From Podospora anserina (lineage: Eukaryota): a DNA stretch of 64,000 nt. This document shows positions 48,045 through 61,850 of the stretch, piece after piece. The notes beneath the pieces were generated by a model that saw only the letters and a program-made list of their open reading frames with translations, was not told the DNA's origin and searched no databases. Both the position numbers and the translations under genes were made by a program. The stretch's first letter is position 1. Each line of letters opens with the position of its first letter. The stretch is from the NCBI GenBank assembly GCA_017654855.1, contig CM030332.1:4774001-4838000 (forward strand), given 5' to 3'.

Positions 48045-48867
48045 ATGGCGACAACAGCAGGCCAGGGCTGGACCCAATTACGGCAACAAGCCAGGGCGCT
48101 GGAAACACAGGTAAGAGAGGCGGCATGCGACAGCAGCGGATGACGAGTGGTGATGGTTAATAACCTGCCTTTTCTGTTTGCAGACAGAAACATACCTCCA
48201 CACATACTCCCAATTTTCGTCACAATCCAACATCCCACCAAAGCCGACAGAAGAAGAGAGGAGTACCGAGGCGAAACTCCAGGAGCTGCTTGAGAAGGTG
48301 TGTATACCCTCGCCATTTTACTCCTGAGTGATAAGACCACCACCACTGACCTTTCTCGTCAAGCGCGACAACGTCATTTCCCAACTCACCCGCCTCCTCG
48401 ACTCAGAATCAACACTATCATCCTCCTCCCTAAAACAAAACAACCTCTCCCTCCTCCGCGACAAGCTCACCGACCACCGCCGTGACCTCTCCCGCCTCCG
48501 GTCAACCCTCCAACGAGCCCGCGATCGCGCAAACCTGCTGGGTTCAGTCCGGGATGATATCTCTGCCTATCGTGCCGCGAACCCTGCCGCGGCGGAGGCG
48601 GACTACATGCTTGACGAGCGAGGGAGGATAGACAACTCGATTGGTGTGGCGGATGGTGTGCTCAGCCAGGCGTACGCAGTGCAGGACAGCTTTTTGGCGC
48701 AGAGGGAGACGCTGGCGAGTATTAATCGGCGGATCACGCATGCGGCGAGCCAGGTGCCGGGGATTAATACGTTGATTGGGAGGATTTCGGCCAAGAAGAA
48801 GAGGGATGGGATTATCATGGGGGGGTTTATCGCTTTTTGCTTTTTGGTGTTTTGGTTCATGATGTGA
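48045..48867 (+). CDS. GOS1: Golgi SNARE Gos1 (3 exons)
   Basis: MATTAGQGWTQLRQQARALETQ/TETYLHTYSQF..., RDRANLL, EADYMLDERGRID, INTLIGRISAKKKRD, with a C-terminal TM anchor. Confidence 0.92.
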
Positions 48868-49285
48868 ATTTGTTTAAGGGGAGGGTTGGGAAGAGGAAGA
48901 TGGGAGGTGGTTTCAAAATACCATGGGAGTGAGGGGTGGAAACTGTATAATTTGTCCGGATAGTTGGGGCGACAAGAGGGAAAGAGGGGATGGCGTGGGA
49001 TATATGGGTATTTCACTTCGACAAAGGGAGCATGGGTGTTTTATCTTGAGTAGCTGTTAAAGCGGACGGCGAACTTATCGTATGTGCATTACCAGTGCGG
49101 TACAGCAACGGTGTATTTAATAATCCTCATGCCAAAAATGGAAGAGAGATGTCTATTTTCGTTGGGGAGCCGTGAGCATAGCTTTCTGTCGTTGATGTAC
49201 ATTATATCGTCTATCATGTTCACTTTCAATATCCCACCATGTCCAACTGTATACACTCCCTCTCAATCCCGGGTATCTTACACGC

Positions 49286-50456
49286 CTATTTCTTGTCTCC
49301 AGTAGTAGGCTTGCCAGCCGCCAGAGGCTTCAGAACATGCCCCTCAGCCACACCCCCAGTCACACCCTCAGCCTTGATCTCCTCCAGCAACCTCCTCACC
49401 CCCTTCACCAACCCCTCCCTCTCATCCCCCTCCGCACTACCACTCCCCGCCCATCGTATCCTGCACCGATGATCCACCAGATAAGTATACCCAACCTTGC
49501 TGTTCAACAGCCCCACGCTCTCCCTGATCTCATCGGTGATCCCCTTCCTCACAAGGAAATACCTGTGCCAATTCTCCTTGCCCACCTTGTTCCTCAACGA
49601 CCAGGAAAACAGCTTGATCAACATCATCTTCATCCAGTCCTCCTCGACGTTGATCTGCACCAGCTGCGCCCTGCCGCCGCTCTCTTTGAGGACCCGGTGC
49701 AGGGCAGGGTTTTGCTCGGGGGAGACAAAGGTCTTGATCTGGTTCTCGGCCCACATGCCGCTGAAGACGGTGACGACGGAGGCGTGGCCGGCGAGGAGGG
49801 GGGTGGTGTCTGCTTTTTGGCGGGAGGCCAGGGTGCGGCCGAAGAGGTTGGGGAAGTAGAGGGAGAGGTCGGCTTTGAAGAGGCGGGGGGGCGCGAGGAA
49901 GGTTTTGCCTTTGTGGAAGGAGAGGTTGACCCAGTCGCGGAAGTAGGGGCGGGAGACTTTGTTTTTGCTACAGAGAGGAAAAAGTAGGGGGTTAGTGGAA
50001 AGGGGGGACAGGGAAGAGGGAAGTGGATAGGGGGGGGACAAACAGGTACTCCCGCTTGGCGAGATGTCTTTCGTAGTCTACGAAGTCATCACGGCGCTGT
50101 TTGAAGGTTCGGTGGTCGATGCCGGTGTTTTGTCCCGCGGCGGGGGGCGTGTTCATGCCAATTGGTCTTGACAGAGGGGTGGGTGTGAAGTCTTTTATTT
50201 TCTTGCCGTAGGACCGGGGGGCGTGGGCTAACGGGCTGTCCGGAGCCGGCTCCGTGGCGGCTACCGGGGCCGGGGCGAAGGTCTGTCTCGGTTTCGGTTT
50301 CCCATCCGGAGCGGCGGCGCCGGGTGTGTGGTCTGTGGGAAGCCGCTGGTAGCCAGTGGTGCTAAAGGTGCGCCATTGACAAACAAGGCAGGTTGATGTC
50401 CTTGCGCCTGTTCGGAGTCCTGTCCTAGCGGCTAACATGGCAGCGGTAGTGGTCAT
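49286..50456 (-). CDS. ATP10: Mitochondrial ATP synthase assembly factor Atp10 (intron at about 49969-50045)
   Basis: Presequence with CLVCQWR; PLSRPIG; RPYFRDW...KGKTFLAPPRLFKADLSLYFPNL; NSKVGYTYLVDHRCRIRWAGSG. Confidence 0.92.
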
Positions 50457-50857
50457 GTGTGTCTGAGATATCCAATCCGTGGGAGAGGTTTGAAGCTCAG
50501 ATACCCCGTTCCCAAGAAATTTCCACGCGACAATTCTCGGCGCCGGGCCCCACTTCCACTGCCGCTGTCAACTCAGATCAGCGCTCGAGCCCCAGTGAGC
50601 GGCCCTTGAAATCTGGGGTTTTGGGGGCGGTTAGGGTGCCAAGCGCTCGGTTATTCGCGGGGGCTCAGTGAACCCCTCGGCCCAACGTCATATCTACAGT
50701 GTATAAGCCGGCGCAAGCCATAGGTGAGACCGCTATGCGGGTTGTCGTTATCCCTTTGGTGCAGGAAGGAGGGACAGGTCAATTCGACTGAACTTTTGAA
50801 TCTGAGAAGTCACTGCTGTCTTTGAGCGGTTGCATCTTCTGTAATTTCCCGTTTGAG

Positions 50858-52486
50858 ATGTTTTTGAACCAGAGCTCCCGCGTGGTGCGCCAGCAATGGC
50901 GGCTCTCCAGCCGGCGACTATCGTCTCTAAGTCAACAACACCGCGCGCGAGGACCAACCCTCAGGACTCCGCTATCCCCACCGTTTGCGCCTCCCGCAAG
51001 GCTCTTCCATGCAAGCAGGAGTCTCTACGCTGTGAAGCCTGTGTTGCTCGCTGATATTGGAGAGGGTGCGTGTTTCTGTCACTTTGACTCTCGAGAACGA
51101 AGTTCATCTCAACTAACTGGTGGTGGCACAAATACAGGCATTGTCGAGTGCGAAATCATCCAATGGTTCGTCGAACCCGGGGCGCGCGTCGAGGAGTTCT
51201 CTCCACTATGCGAGGTTCAAAGTGATAAGGCTTCGGTGGAAATCACCAGCCGCTTCGCCGGTGTGGTTAAGAAGTTGCACTATGAAGCGGGCGAGATGGC
51301 CAAGGTGGGCAAGCCGTTTGTCGATATCGACATTCAAGGTGATGCCAAAGAGGCAGACTTGCAGGCTCTCGCACCTGCTGAGCCTGTGACCCCAACAGAG
51401 CCAACTACAAAGATCGAGAACCAGGTGGCGGCTCAGTTACCAAAGCAACCTCCACCAGCACCACCATCAGAGCATAAGCCTGCACCGTGGAGCAATGGGG
51501 TCTACGAGCATACCTCACCTAAGCCTCAACCAGGCGAGAAGGTGATTCTGGCAACTCCAGCAGTCAGATACCTCGCCAAAGAACTCAACGTCGACCTTCT
51601 CCAAGTCCAAGGCACGGGCAAAGAAGGCCGCATCCTAAAAGAAGACGTCTACAAGTTCGTCGAGCAAAAGAACGCACCCCCAGCTCCCACCCCAAGCCCC
51701 TTTACTCCCTCCTCCTCCACCACACCCACCAGTCAACAACAACAAGAAACCCCCATGCTCCTCACCCGAACCCAAGAAATGATGTTCAAAACCATGACCC
51801 GCTCCCTCTCCATCCCCCACTTCCTCTACGCCGACGAGGTCGACTTCACCTCTCTGGTCGAGCTCCGCTCCCGCCTCAACAAAGTCCTCGCCAAACAACC
51901 CCTGTCTCTAGACTCAGCCACCCACCCGGTAGCAAAACTATCCTACCTCCCCTTCATCATCAAGGCAGTCTCCATGGCCCTATACAAATACCCCATCCTC
52001 AACTCCCGCGTCGACATCGACCCTGCCACATCCAAACCCTCCCTCGTGCTCCGGAGTCAGCACAATATCGGGATTGCAATGGACACCCCCCACGGGCTAC
52101 TCGTCCCCGTCATCAAAAACGTCGGATCACTCAACATCCTCCAGATCGCAGCGGAACTCACGAGACTTCAAAGTCTGGCTACGGAGGGGAAGCTGAGCGT
52201 GGGGGATATGTCCGGGGGAACGATCACGGTGAGCAACATCGGGAACATTGGGGGCACGTACCTCAGTCCGGTGGTGGTGGAGAAGGAGGTGGCAATTCTG
52301 GGGATTGGGAGGATGAGGACCGTGCCTGCTTTTGGGGAGAATGACCGGGTGGTCAAGAAGGAGATTTGCAACTTTAGCTGGAGCGCGGATCATAGGGTTG
52401 TGGACGGGGCGACGATGGCGAGGGCGGCCGAGGTGGTGAGGGGGATTGTGGAGGGGCCGGATGTGATGGTTATGCATTTGAGGTAG
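50858..52486 (+). CDS. Branched-chain 2-oxoacid dehydrogenase E2 (dihydrolipoamide acyltransferase); intron 51066-51137
   Basis: Lipoyl domain LADIGEG...CEVQSDKASVEITS; E3-binding ATPAVR...GTGKEGRILKED; catalytic WSADHRVVDG; mitochondrial presequence. Confidence 0.93.
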   Translation: MFLNQSSRVVRQQWRLSSRRLSSLSQQHRARGPTLRTPLSPPFAPPARLFHASRSLYAVKPVLLADIGEGACFCHFDSRERSSSQLTGGGTNTGIVECEIIQWFVEPGARVEEFSPLCEVQSDKASVEITSRFAGVVKKLHYEAGEMAKVGKPFVDIDIQGDAKEADLQALAPAEPVTPTEPTTKIENQVAAQLPKQPPPAPPSEHKPAPWSNGVYEHTSPKPQPGEKVILATPAVRYLAKELNVDLLQVQGTGKEGRILKEDVYKFVEQKNAPPAPTPSPFTPSSSTTPTSQQQQETPMLLTRTQEMMFKTMTRSLSIPHFLYADEVDFTSLVELRSRLNKVLAKQPLSLDSATHPVAKLSYLPFIIKAVSMALYKYPILNSRVDIDPATSKPSLVLRSQHNIGIAMDTPHGLLVPVIKNVGSLNILQIAAELTRLQSLATEGKLSVGDMSGGTITVSNIGNIGGTYLSPVVVEKEVAILGIGRMRTVPAFGENDRVVKKEICNFSWSADHRVVDGATMARAAEVVRGIVEGPDVMVMHLR

Positions 52487-55474
52487 AGTTACATAAGTTG
52501 GGGGTTGTTTTTGGGCAGCAAGCGAAGAGGGATGGTACAGTACTAGAAGTTTCAAGAAAAGTTGGAAGTTATTTGGGGGGGGGGGGTGGCGGGTTATGTC
52601 ATAACTCGGTGTGTCTTTGTCGGAGTTGCGTCCCGGTTGAGCCGGCCGTCTTACCCGCACGGGGGGATTTTGGGCAGGCTTTATTGACTATCGAGTTTGA
52701 TTGGGACAGTCAAGGAAAGGCAAGGCAAGCAATTGCCGTGCTTCGTCAAAGTCGGTGACTCTTTTTGGGTGGTGGAGAGGTTGAGTGGAGGGGGGGGAGA
52801 CGACTAGAGTGTTACAAGGCATTTTTACTTAGATAAGAGGTTTCGAAAATACATACAAAAAGTACATATATTTTTATCTTGTGAGCATGGAGAGCAACGT
52901 TGGTGGGATGCCTGAGGGAACAGCCGAAGAAAAGAAGAAAAAAAGAAAAGTGATCCCGTCTCCCGATCCCGCGATTACACGGCGAGGCGGGGGGTAGGTA
53001 GGATATCGGTTGTATTGCATTAAATACATGACCGTCAGCCTACTTACCTTACCTGTCTTATGTAGTGTGTGTCGGATCGTGACTTGGTTTGTTCGCTTCC
53101 ATTGTCTCTCTCTCTCTCACTGACTCTTCAAACCTGGAGGGATGCATGAACGGGCATTAGATGAAGAATGTACCTAGGTAGGTGTGTGCATGGGCTATCC
53201 GGGTTTACCTATTGGTCTTTGGGTGTACGAGAAGGGGGGAGGGTGTGTATGTGTGTGTGTTGCCATACCGGTGTGATAACCCCACGACGGGACGGCATAT
53301 ACAGAGAGGAAGTTGAGCACCTAGCTATCGCTATCGATACCCCTTTGATGATGATGGTGGTGGTAGTGGTTGTTGAGCAAGTTCTTCTATCGGTTGTTCT
53401 ATCCAACGATCCATGCATTTGATAGAACGGGCCGAGTTGAGACTGGGTTCCAATCTGAGAGACATATTGGAAAAGCGGGCTTCTGTGCTTTGGGCTCATG
53501 CTGCCAGAGTAGGTGTGCTATAGAAGTTGACAGAAGGGTGCTTGGAATTATGCGGCATGATCAGATATTACTTGGTTGATCTAGTTGGTGAAGAAGGCAT
53601 TGGCCTACCTACCTACCTACTTGGTTGTCAGTAGGTTGACTGCACCAGGCCGATATGTTTCGTGCCTTTTCGCAGCCGAGCACCGCATTGGCACAGCTAG
53701 GCCAAGCTCCGGGCAGTTGCGCAGACCAGAGGTTCTAGTCTTGTGGTGGTCATCGCGGGACTGGGGGCAAAGCCATAATCTGTATAGTAACGATGAACAA
53801 ACTCCGTTTCAGCGCAGTAAGAAGAACCTGCGGTGCGAAAGTTGGGGTAGGTACCTCCAAGTACAGATGCTATACGACCTTGTATCGCTTTCCAAAAGCA
53901 AACACCTTAATAAGGCTTCTGGTTTCCCCCTTTCATTCGTCGTATTGCGTGCTTTACCCCAAAACGAAGGCTTTTTTTCCTGGTTGTTCGCCACGGGACC
54001 GATATAACACTCCGTGGAACGGCATTTGGTTTGGTTGGCCACCCCCCACCCTCCTCTATGCATAACTTGATATTGTTTCTGATTCTTGTTGACCATCCCT
54101 TCGACCGCCAAGCCGTTTCCTTCTGGGCAGAAGGATCGCGTCGAAAAAAGCGAGGCGGTCAGTGATGGTCTGCGGGTGAATCGACCGTTTCTTGTGACCA
54201 TCCTCATCCAGCGACCCGTTTCTGGGATTTTGCCAAGTGCTTGGTTTGCATTATTTGGGCGTTGTTGGGTGCGCGCCAAGCTGGTAGAGTAAGACTGGAA
54301 AGTAATAGATATTGAGTAGGTGCGTGTTGTGAGATGTGACTCGTAATCTTTACTTCGGAGCGTCTTTGTATGGAGATTACCGTACACTGAGTGAGGTTGT
54401 GTTTGCCGGGCGGTACGCCATACACAGCACACAGCAAATGCGGGATTGTCACGCCGGGAAACATTCGGCAGGTGTACCTTGATGTGCAGGTTGAAGAACG
54501 GGACAGCAAGTTGGTGTTGCTGCCTTGTCTGGGGATGTCGTTCGGTCATCTCGGGAATGCATGTCGAGTGGTTGCGGCAATATTGCAAGTGAGGTCAGCA
54601 ACGGCAGTAGTATCAAGTGATATCCTCCCTCGGCCCAACATACTGCTATTGAATACAACAGAAGTAGGGGGCTGCGGACATAGCAACCGTTGCCTAGGCA
54701 TGGCCAGAGCTCAGGGGGAATGTTTACTTTGTCTCAACTCACCCCCTCCTTCCCAGCAACTTGGTAAAGGCGTTCCTGTTCCTGCGTCGACTTGGTTTGC
54801 GTTGTCAACTCCATGCTAGATAGGCGAGCAGATGCTGCGGAGGAACCCGACAGGGCGGGGCCTGGCACCATTCGGAGATCGACGGAGAGAAGGGCGGGGA
54901 TACGAGACCAATCACTCATAAGAAAGAACACAGTTTCTCATTTGTTTCCTCAATCATCTTGTGTATGCTGGGTAGCACCAAAGAACATCAAATTCATGTT
55001 CGCTTGCTTAAAGAGTAACCTCAGGTAGGTCTAATACCTTACCAAACCCCGTCGCCATCCTTCCACCCATCAACCGAATTACCTATACTATGTATGTTAA
55101 ATTCCCAGAGATTTTTAAACGCCCACGACTAAAGACATGGACTCAGCCATGCTTCGTCAAATGCAAAGTAATGGATTGATCCGAACACAAGTCAGTGCTG
55201 GTCCATCTTCCCAAGTACCCCCTTCTGTTGCTCCGGCTTCCCAAGAACGATTGCGCCGCAAGATAAAAATCGACAAAAAAAAGCAATCCGTTTCGCCACC
55301 ACAATTCATGTGTCAGAGAAAGACGATTGTCGTTCAAGACAAGACTCCTTTCCCAATGCGACGGTGGGGCTGACTGACAAAACCCAACCCTTTCCCATCC
55401 ACCCCCCGGGCGGTGACTCTTAGCGCCATGCAGCTACGGCTTTGCTTGTCCCACCCATCATTTCGGTATGCACG

Positions 55475-56274
55475 TCACTTTCTCTGGGCTTCCGCCGCGA
55501 CGGTCTCCATCGTGTCCAGGACTCGGTCTAGAGCCTCAGCCATGACAGCTTCGGCTGGGCGACTGACGTCAATGCTAATAACATCGACCTCATCCGTGGT
55601 TGGCCTTTCCAAGACTTCGAATTGACTGTGGACCATGTTGGCTCCCATGTAATGGTTCTTGCGAGCCATCACCCTTTGCAAGAGGAGCTCCTCGGACGCA
55701 TCCAGATAGATGAAGTGGAGATGGAGGTTGGGCGAGAAATAGGGGGCGACACGGATGACATCGCGGTACTTGCGCTTCAAAGCAGAGCAAGTCAACACCA
55801 CGCCTCTGTTTCCACGTTCCAGCTCCTTGAGAGAAGCCTCCCGGAGAGCCGTCAACCAGTCCCACCGATCAGCATCCGTCAAGGGAATGCCAGCGCTCAT
55901 CTTGTCGATGTTGGCTTGTGGGTGGAACTAGTAATCATGATTAGCCCGATGCTATGGGTCATGGGACTTGGGACTTGGGACAAAGAACATACCTCATCAC
56001 CCTCGATATATGGCATATGAAGAACAGTGGCCAGGTACTTGGCAACAGTGCTCTTTCCACAGCCGGCGGGGCCAGTAACGAGCCAGATGTGGCGCTGCTC
56101 ATTTTTGGATAGTGACGAAGAGACATTGCCGTTGGTACGCACACCATTCGACAAAGATGATGTTGGGAGTCTCATGGTGCTTGGTGATGGGGGGATGTTT
56201 TGATGGCCGTTGGAAATAGCTGGTGACCCCGGGGTTTGTCCCTTCAAGGAGATGGCTGAGTCGTACGAAAGCAT
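55475..56274 (-). CDS. Gluconokinase (GntK/IdnK type); one intron at about 55929-55991
   Basis: P-loop VTGPAGCGKSTV; spliced IEGDEFHPQANIDKMSAGIPLTDADRWDWL; VLTCSALKRKYRD; HYMGANMVHSQF. Confidence 0.93.
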
Positions 56275-59200
56275 GTTGGGTTCCGGTACTGGTGGTGGTC
56301 TCGAAGATGGTGGTGGTATCCTCCGTCTTTGAAGAAAGCGTGGGTCCGGCTTGACGGCGAGAGTTAAAACCGGCGATGACGTTTGTAAGTGGGCGGTGGT
56401 GGTGATGAATGACCGGAAGTGGGCACGCGCTACCTAACGTGACAATTGGATGACGACGACAAAGGAATCACAACAGACTGCAGAATACTACGGCCCATTG
56501 AGAGAGGAAACGATCACGAAGAGGAGCTTGGGAAAAGGGACATTCAAACAAAACAAGGTGTGGTTGGGATAGCAGGGCAAAAGGGAGTCAGCCGATGGCG
56601 GCCGGCCGGCCATTTATATAGCTGAATCTTGTAGCAGGTCATACCTGGAAGTGATGACCTAAAAGTTTCCTCTTCAGCAGGGCCAGGCGGGCAGGCTGGG
56701 ACCCCAGAGCCAAAAAAAGGTACCACTGGTACTTCCAAGCTTGGGGGGCTTCAGCGGAACCCACTGAGCGATCTGCTGGGAACGCGCGGGAACCCCATGG
56801 ATCCTAGCCTCGAGGGGGCAACATGGAACCTCGAGAACGGGCGGGTGACCCGCTGGTACTGCGCCCATGCGCCGTACCCAGGTACTCACAGTGGGACTCG
56901 GCGGGCCAGAATCTCACAAGATACTAGACCCCATTGGTCCAGGAGCACTCGACAGCCAAAGGCGTCCCAGGACCATGACAGGTCGAATCCACCGCAGACA
57001 GGGAGGGCGTGTGCCGTGAACTCGTAGCCCAAGGTACGCTTCAAGTATCCACGCGTGATTCCCATGTACCTTGTCTGGAAGGTCGGGGGAAGCTTTTCCT
57101 GGAGAAAAGCGTGGGATGGGTTGGGAAGCCGTGTGGGGAGAAGTGTCGAGGAAGAGAAGGTGGCTGACTCGACAAGGGGGAAGCAACTTTCTTCCCCTCG
57201 ACAATGACGCCCGAAAGGGAAGCTCGCTGGGAGCAGCATCGCATCGCCAATCAAAACAAAAAGAGAACCGTTGTAAAAACTCTGATTTTGACACTTTGGA
57301 CGGGAGAAAAGACACGCGAAGGTTTGAGACGTGGAATGAGTGGCTAAAGGTCACAGGAATATTTATTGAGTTAAGGTACCTTGCGGGTTGTACCTTCTCG
57401 TGGTGTCCTGAAGCTCGGAACATCTTACGGCCTCGGTGTAAGGAAGGAGCGAGCCCACAAAAGGTACAGCCTGCCCGGGCTGGGAAAGAGGACGGCAACG
57501 ATGCAGCCCAGTGCTCGATCGAAATTTGCCCATTAATTGAATAACCTTGAGAGCGGTGAGTAGCCAGGCATGAGGTGCTTGAGGTGCGTGATGCAGGACG
57601 GGAAGCAATTCACGAGAGAACTCATCTTCCGTAAGACACTTCAGGTACGGGCATTCCATCCACAACCTGGATTCCCAGCAGTGGACGCTAGGTAGGTACC
57701 TGATGGCCGTGGGGTTGAGGTGGGAGAGCGGAAATGAGGGTGAATACCCACTGGCATCTGCCGGTACCATTGCCATCACGGGGTCTGCAGAGCACCGGCG
57801 CAACCCATAAAAATCTCCGCTCAAGAATTTTCACTAGCCCACACACCTCCCAGCCTGATGCGGACCGTCGTGCTAGCTGGCTAACTTGGAATTGGGAACG
57901 GCTCGTCGATGACAATTAACATTGACATGGAGCAAAGACATAGGACCGGAACGCAAACCAAACTGCTGAAAACAGTGCTCTCAAGACATAATCTTCGTCC
58001 CAGGACAGCCAGCATCTGGACAAGACTGCTCTCCCACATTGTATAATACACTCACTCTCTCGCGTAATTGGCGGGGCACCATTTTGATCTTTCGGTACGT
58101 TTTCGTTGATGGCGAGGTGAGGCACAAAAAGACATTTCTGCTCAACTAATAGCAGCTCCAGTAGAAGCGTGGGGGTCTGTCCCGGCCCCGCCACAGAATG
58201 GGGTTGAGGTTCGCCGAGAGACGCCGCCGATGGCAGGGGAGGGGTGTGTGGAGCTGCCCAACTGATGGATGGGAGCCCCGGGGACGATCTTGGGATGAGA
58301 TGCCATTCCTGCTTCCATTCTCCTGTCCAGCAGATCCAGATCCCACAGAACAAAACATGGCACGGCAAAACACATAATCGATACCCCTTCTACAAGGACT
58401 AACACAAGAGAAGGAGTTGGCCTTCCGTTATGGCTGCTGGCTGGTTCAAAGCCCTGTCTCTGCGGGCCGGTCGTCTGGGAGTGTCACAACCGATCCGTGA
58501 TTGACCCCAAACACCGCCCAGCCGCTTGCGACCAAAGCTCCCCATCTCGTGTGCGGTTCCCAAAAGGTCTGGACGGTGTCTGGACCGAAAGCTACGATGC
58601 TGCTAAAATGGCTCGCACGCAAGGCACCGCAAAGCAAGCCATGGAACTGTACCTGAACCAGGACCACACCTTCCTAGCTTACATCATTCTCATCTCTATG
58701 GGCCAATCACCAGCTAATTACGGCAGAGGTATTTCTTCCATTTTCCTGGTCGAATACTATGCAGAGTTCCATCGCTCACCACGACAGCAGGGCCATATAT
58801 GCGGCAAAGAGCCATTCGTGAGTAAAAGAAACGTCCGTCTCCGAACTGTGCTTTGCCTGCCCCTTCACCTCTTGGACGGAACCCAACGCAACCCCGGGCG
58901 CCACACAGCGGTAGAAACCCCTCGTTGGCCTCGTGACGTGCCTTGTTTTGCACGCCCCGGTCTGTCTGCCCCCTCACCGATTGTTTCGATACCCACTCCC
59001 CAGACTCCGAGAAATTGGACGTGGTGGAACTGCCTGTTGTTGAGGCACCCCGCTCGGCTCAGCTTCCGGGCTCCTTGGGCGGGGCTACTGACGCTTAGAT
59101 TCTTGGGTCGAATGTTCCTTACCTGATCGTGGGTTTCTCCGACTTCGCCATGAAGCTTCGCTGTCCTCGAAAGCCCGGTAGAAAATCATCTTCAAGATGC

Positions 59201-61850
59201 CGTTGCATCACTGGCCTCAAGCATGCTACTTTTACCCTTGCGGAGTGAAACGAGCGAATGCTGCACACACCCCGCATAGCCTGAGCCTTTCTCAGACTCC
59301 CCACCTCCATAGAATTCATCCTGCAGCAGCATGCACAGTCTTGCTTCCCGAGTGGGTTTCCGGAAAAGCAGAAGGGGAACGGCGTGGGCCTGACTGACAC
59401 CGAGTGTGCAGTACATGGCCAGCACATACATATTCCCTGCGGGGTGCGGTCAGTCTTGGTCGACGGGATGTGATGTGGGAATAGCTTCGTTCGCCGCTAC
59501 CGTCACGGCACTGACACCCCCAAGAACGGGACTCCCGCCCGGTAGCCTCAGGTACCTCGACGGCCCCAGATTATCACAGATGTTCCATTCTTCACCGCTC
59601 ATCCCCTTGTTGATCAAATCATACAGTCCCTAATTAGTTGAGCGGCTGCTGACCCAACCATCGTATAGCACTGCAGACGAAGCCCCAAGCGCACTTAGAC
59701 GCACATATCCTGCAAGCTGACCATTTTCTAACTCGGTGCAACCATTTCCTCTCTCAAACAAGTGGAACGTTTGACAGGCAATCTCAACAACAAAGCCCAT
59801 GGCTGGAGCGAGGTTGGTCGTCAACAACAGGCAGCCTGAGGAGTCGAACTTGCAAAGTACCACAAGTCGGTCAGCACAAAGCAAACAGATCGTGGCTGCC
59901 AAGGTCGCAGAGTTGCGTGTGTTCGCCATGCTCTTCTCCGTTACGGTGTATCGTTTCTGCAGACGCAACGCTGCCCAGAACACCCACCTGCCGACAAGCC
60001 TTTGCGGCCTGCCTTCGAAGACTCCGAGGCCCGGCATGCCGAGGGTATGTGTCTTTTTTCCACCAACGCTGACGAGGCAGATCATGCTGGTTTCTTCTGT
60101 CTTTTCGGCATAGCGCCATGCAGACACATCATGACACCAAACATACAAATTTCACGAAAAACGAGCTTCCCGCTGGTATCTAGCCCTGTCTTGGTGCTTT
60201 CCCAGCATTATTTGAGCTTCCGGAAGAAAGGTAACACCCACCTTGCTGCCAACCCGAGACTTTAGGGAAACGGGGCTCGTGAAACTACGGCTGCTATGGA
60301 GGGAAAGGTCACAAGATGAGTCCCTGAGCAAACCTGACGGACTGACTACCGATTTGTTGGTTTTGTGTTGGGAAACTACCCTCCACTAAAAGGTCATCCT
60401 ACATTGCTGACCCATGCTCTCTCTGAATCACACGTTGAAAGCTGATGAGTGCAGCTTTACGGGCAGCTAACAGTCCTATTTACTGTCAGAACAAGCGTTA
60501 TGCAGTTTGTTGACCTACATACAGTACCGATTATTCCGTGTAGAGCGTGCTGGAGGGACCCAGCTTCAGGGCCCAGAGTCTAAGCAGCAGTTGGACATCC
60601 AGGAGATGACGTCTCACAAGCCCGATCGATGCAGGCGGCCAATTGGAGGCAGGCAGAGGAATTTGTGCTATAACTGTCCATGCCAGCGCCACCTGGGATT
60701 GAATTGCCTAAATGCATTAGTCTTGGTTGGAAGCTGTGTCGTGGGCTGTGAATGGGTTTGTGGGCCTGCTTGTCCACACCACCGCCATCATCGCAATCAT
60801 CTTGCTATCAAGACGGCTCTGGCGCAATCTCGGGGCCTCTGATTGTATCCTGCGATGTCGGGTTTCCATGACAGGCACAGATGTAAAGAGCTGCCCCTGT
60901 TCCGTGATAGGCGGTCTCATTGATAGGAAGCTGTCAACAAGAATCATCTTCCGGTAGCCCACTCTTACACTCTATCTAAATCGACGGCGTCGGGAGGCAA
61001 CCCGTATGCACGGATACCATTTCGGTTCTGTACACGCCTTGGAGATTCATACTTGGGTCACTACGCTTGCCGTCGTTCAATCGCCGACATCGCACCGCCC
61101 ATGCTAGCCTCGATTGGTCCATCAAGGGTCTTATCACGGTGTGTGTGGATGGTGATGCTCTTGCTGTCCATGTAGAAGCTGAGGTACCTTGCAAGTCCAG
61201 GAAAGTACCGCCACCGTCAGTTCGTATCGTCTTCCGGCGCGTCGGACTGATGAATTCTTTCTTGTTTGTTCATCACCATCATCGGCTACTGGCTCAATCG
61301 TGGATCCGTTATGCAGTGGCACGAGCCGATGATGGTAGACCTAGGAAGCTGCCCCGCGTTGACCGCTTGATGTTGCCCTGCCCCTCATTGATTGATTTGC
61401 CAACCGGGGTCAACGCCGAAATGGGTGCAACACGCTAGAGATGTTGATTTTTTTTGTTCAATTATTATTTCTTGAAAGGGCATTGGGTATTAATTGAGGG
61501 GCATCAGTACATGGGCCCCAATGTTCCCTGCCTCGAGCTCATTTTGAATCCACAGGCAAAGTTTCCATCTGAATGACCCCTCCTTCCCTTCCGGGAGAAA
61601 AGCTCCCGTCTCGAATCTCGACCTTCCCCTCCATGTGGTGGCTTGCAAGGCTGACAGCTCCAGATGCCAAGAGTCAAGACCCCCGCAATGTGGCTGAATA
61701 GCAAGTGGCGCTCTGGTAAGGTCTCGGCCAGTCGCGGCTGCAACAGCTCCATAGTTGCAGGTACCGGCCGATTCGAGCAGTTTGGTAGTAGGAGAAGGTT
61801 GTCAACCATTGGAGCTCGGAGTTTTGGGCGTTATTGTTGCCGCCTTTTCG

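Noticed and set aside
58497-59126. 209-aa ORF, and similar intergenic ORFs at 53809-54588 and 3614-4126
   Set aside because: They have non-ATG starts, lack the codon bias of the real genes, and contain no domain motifs.
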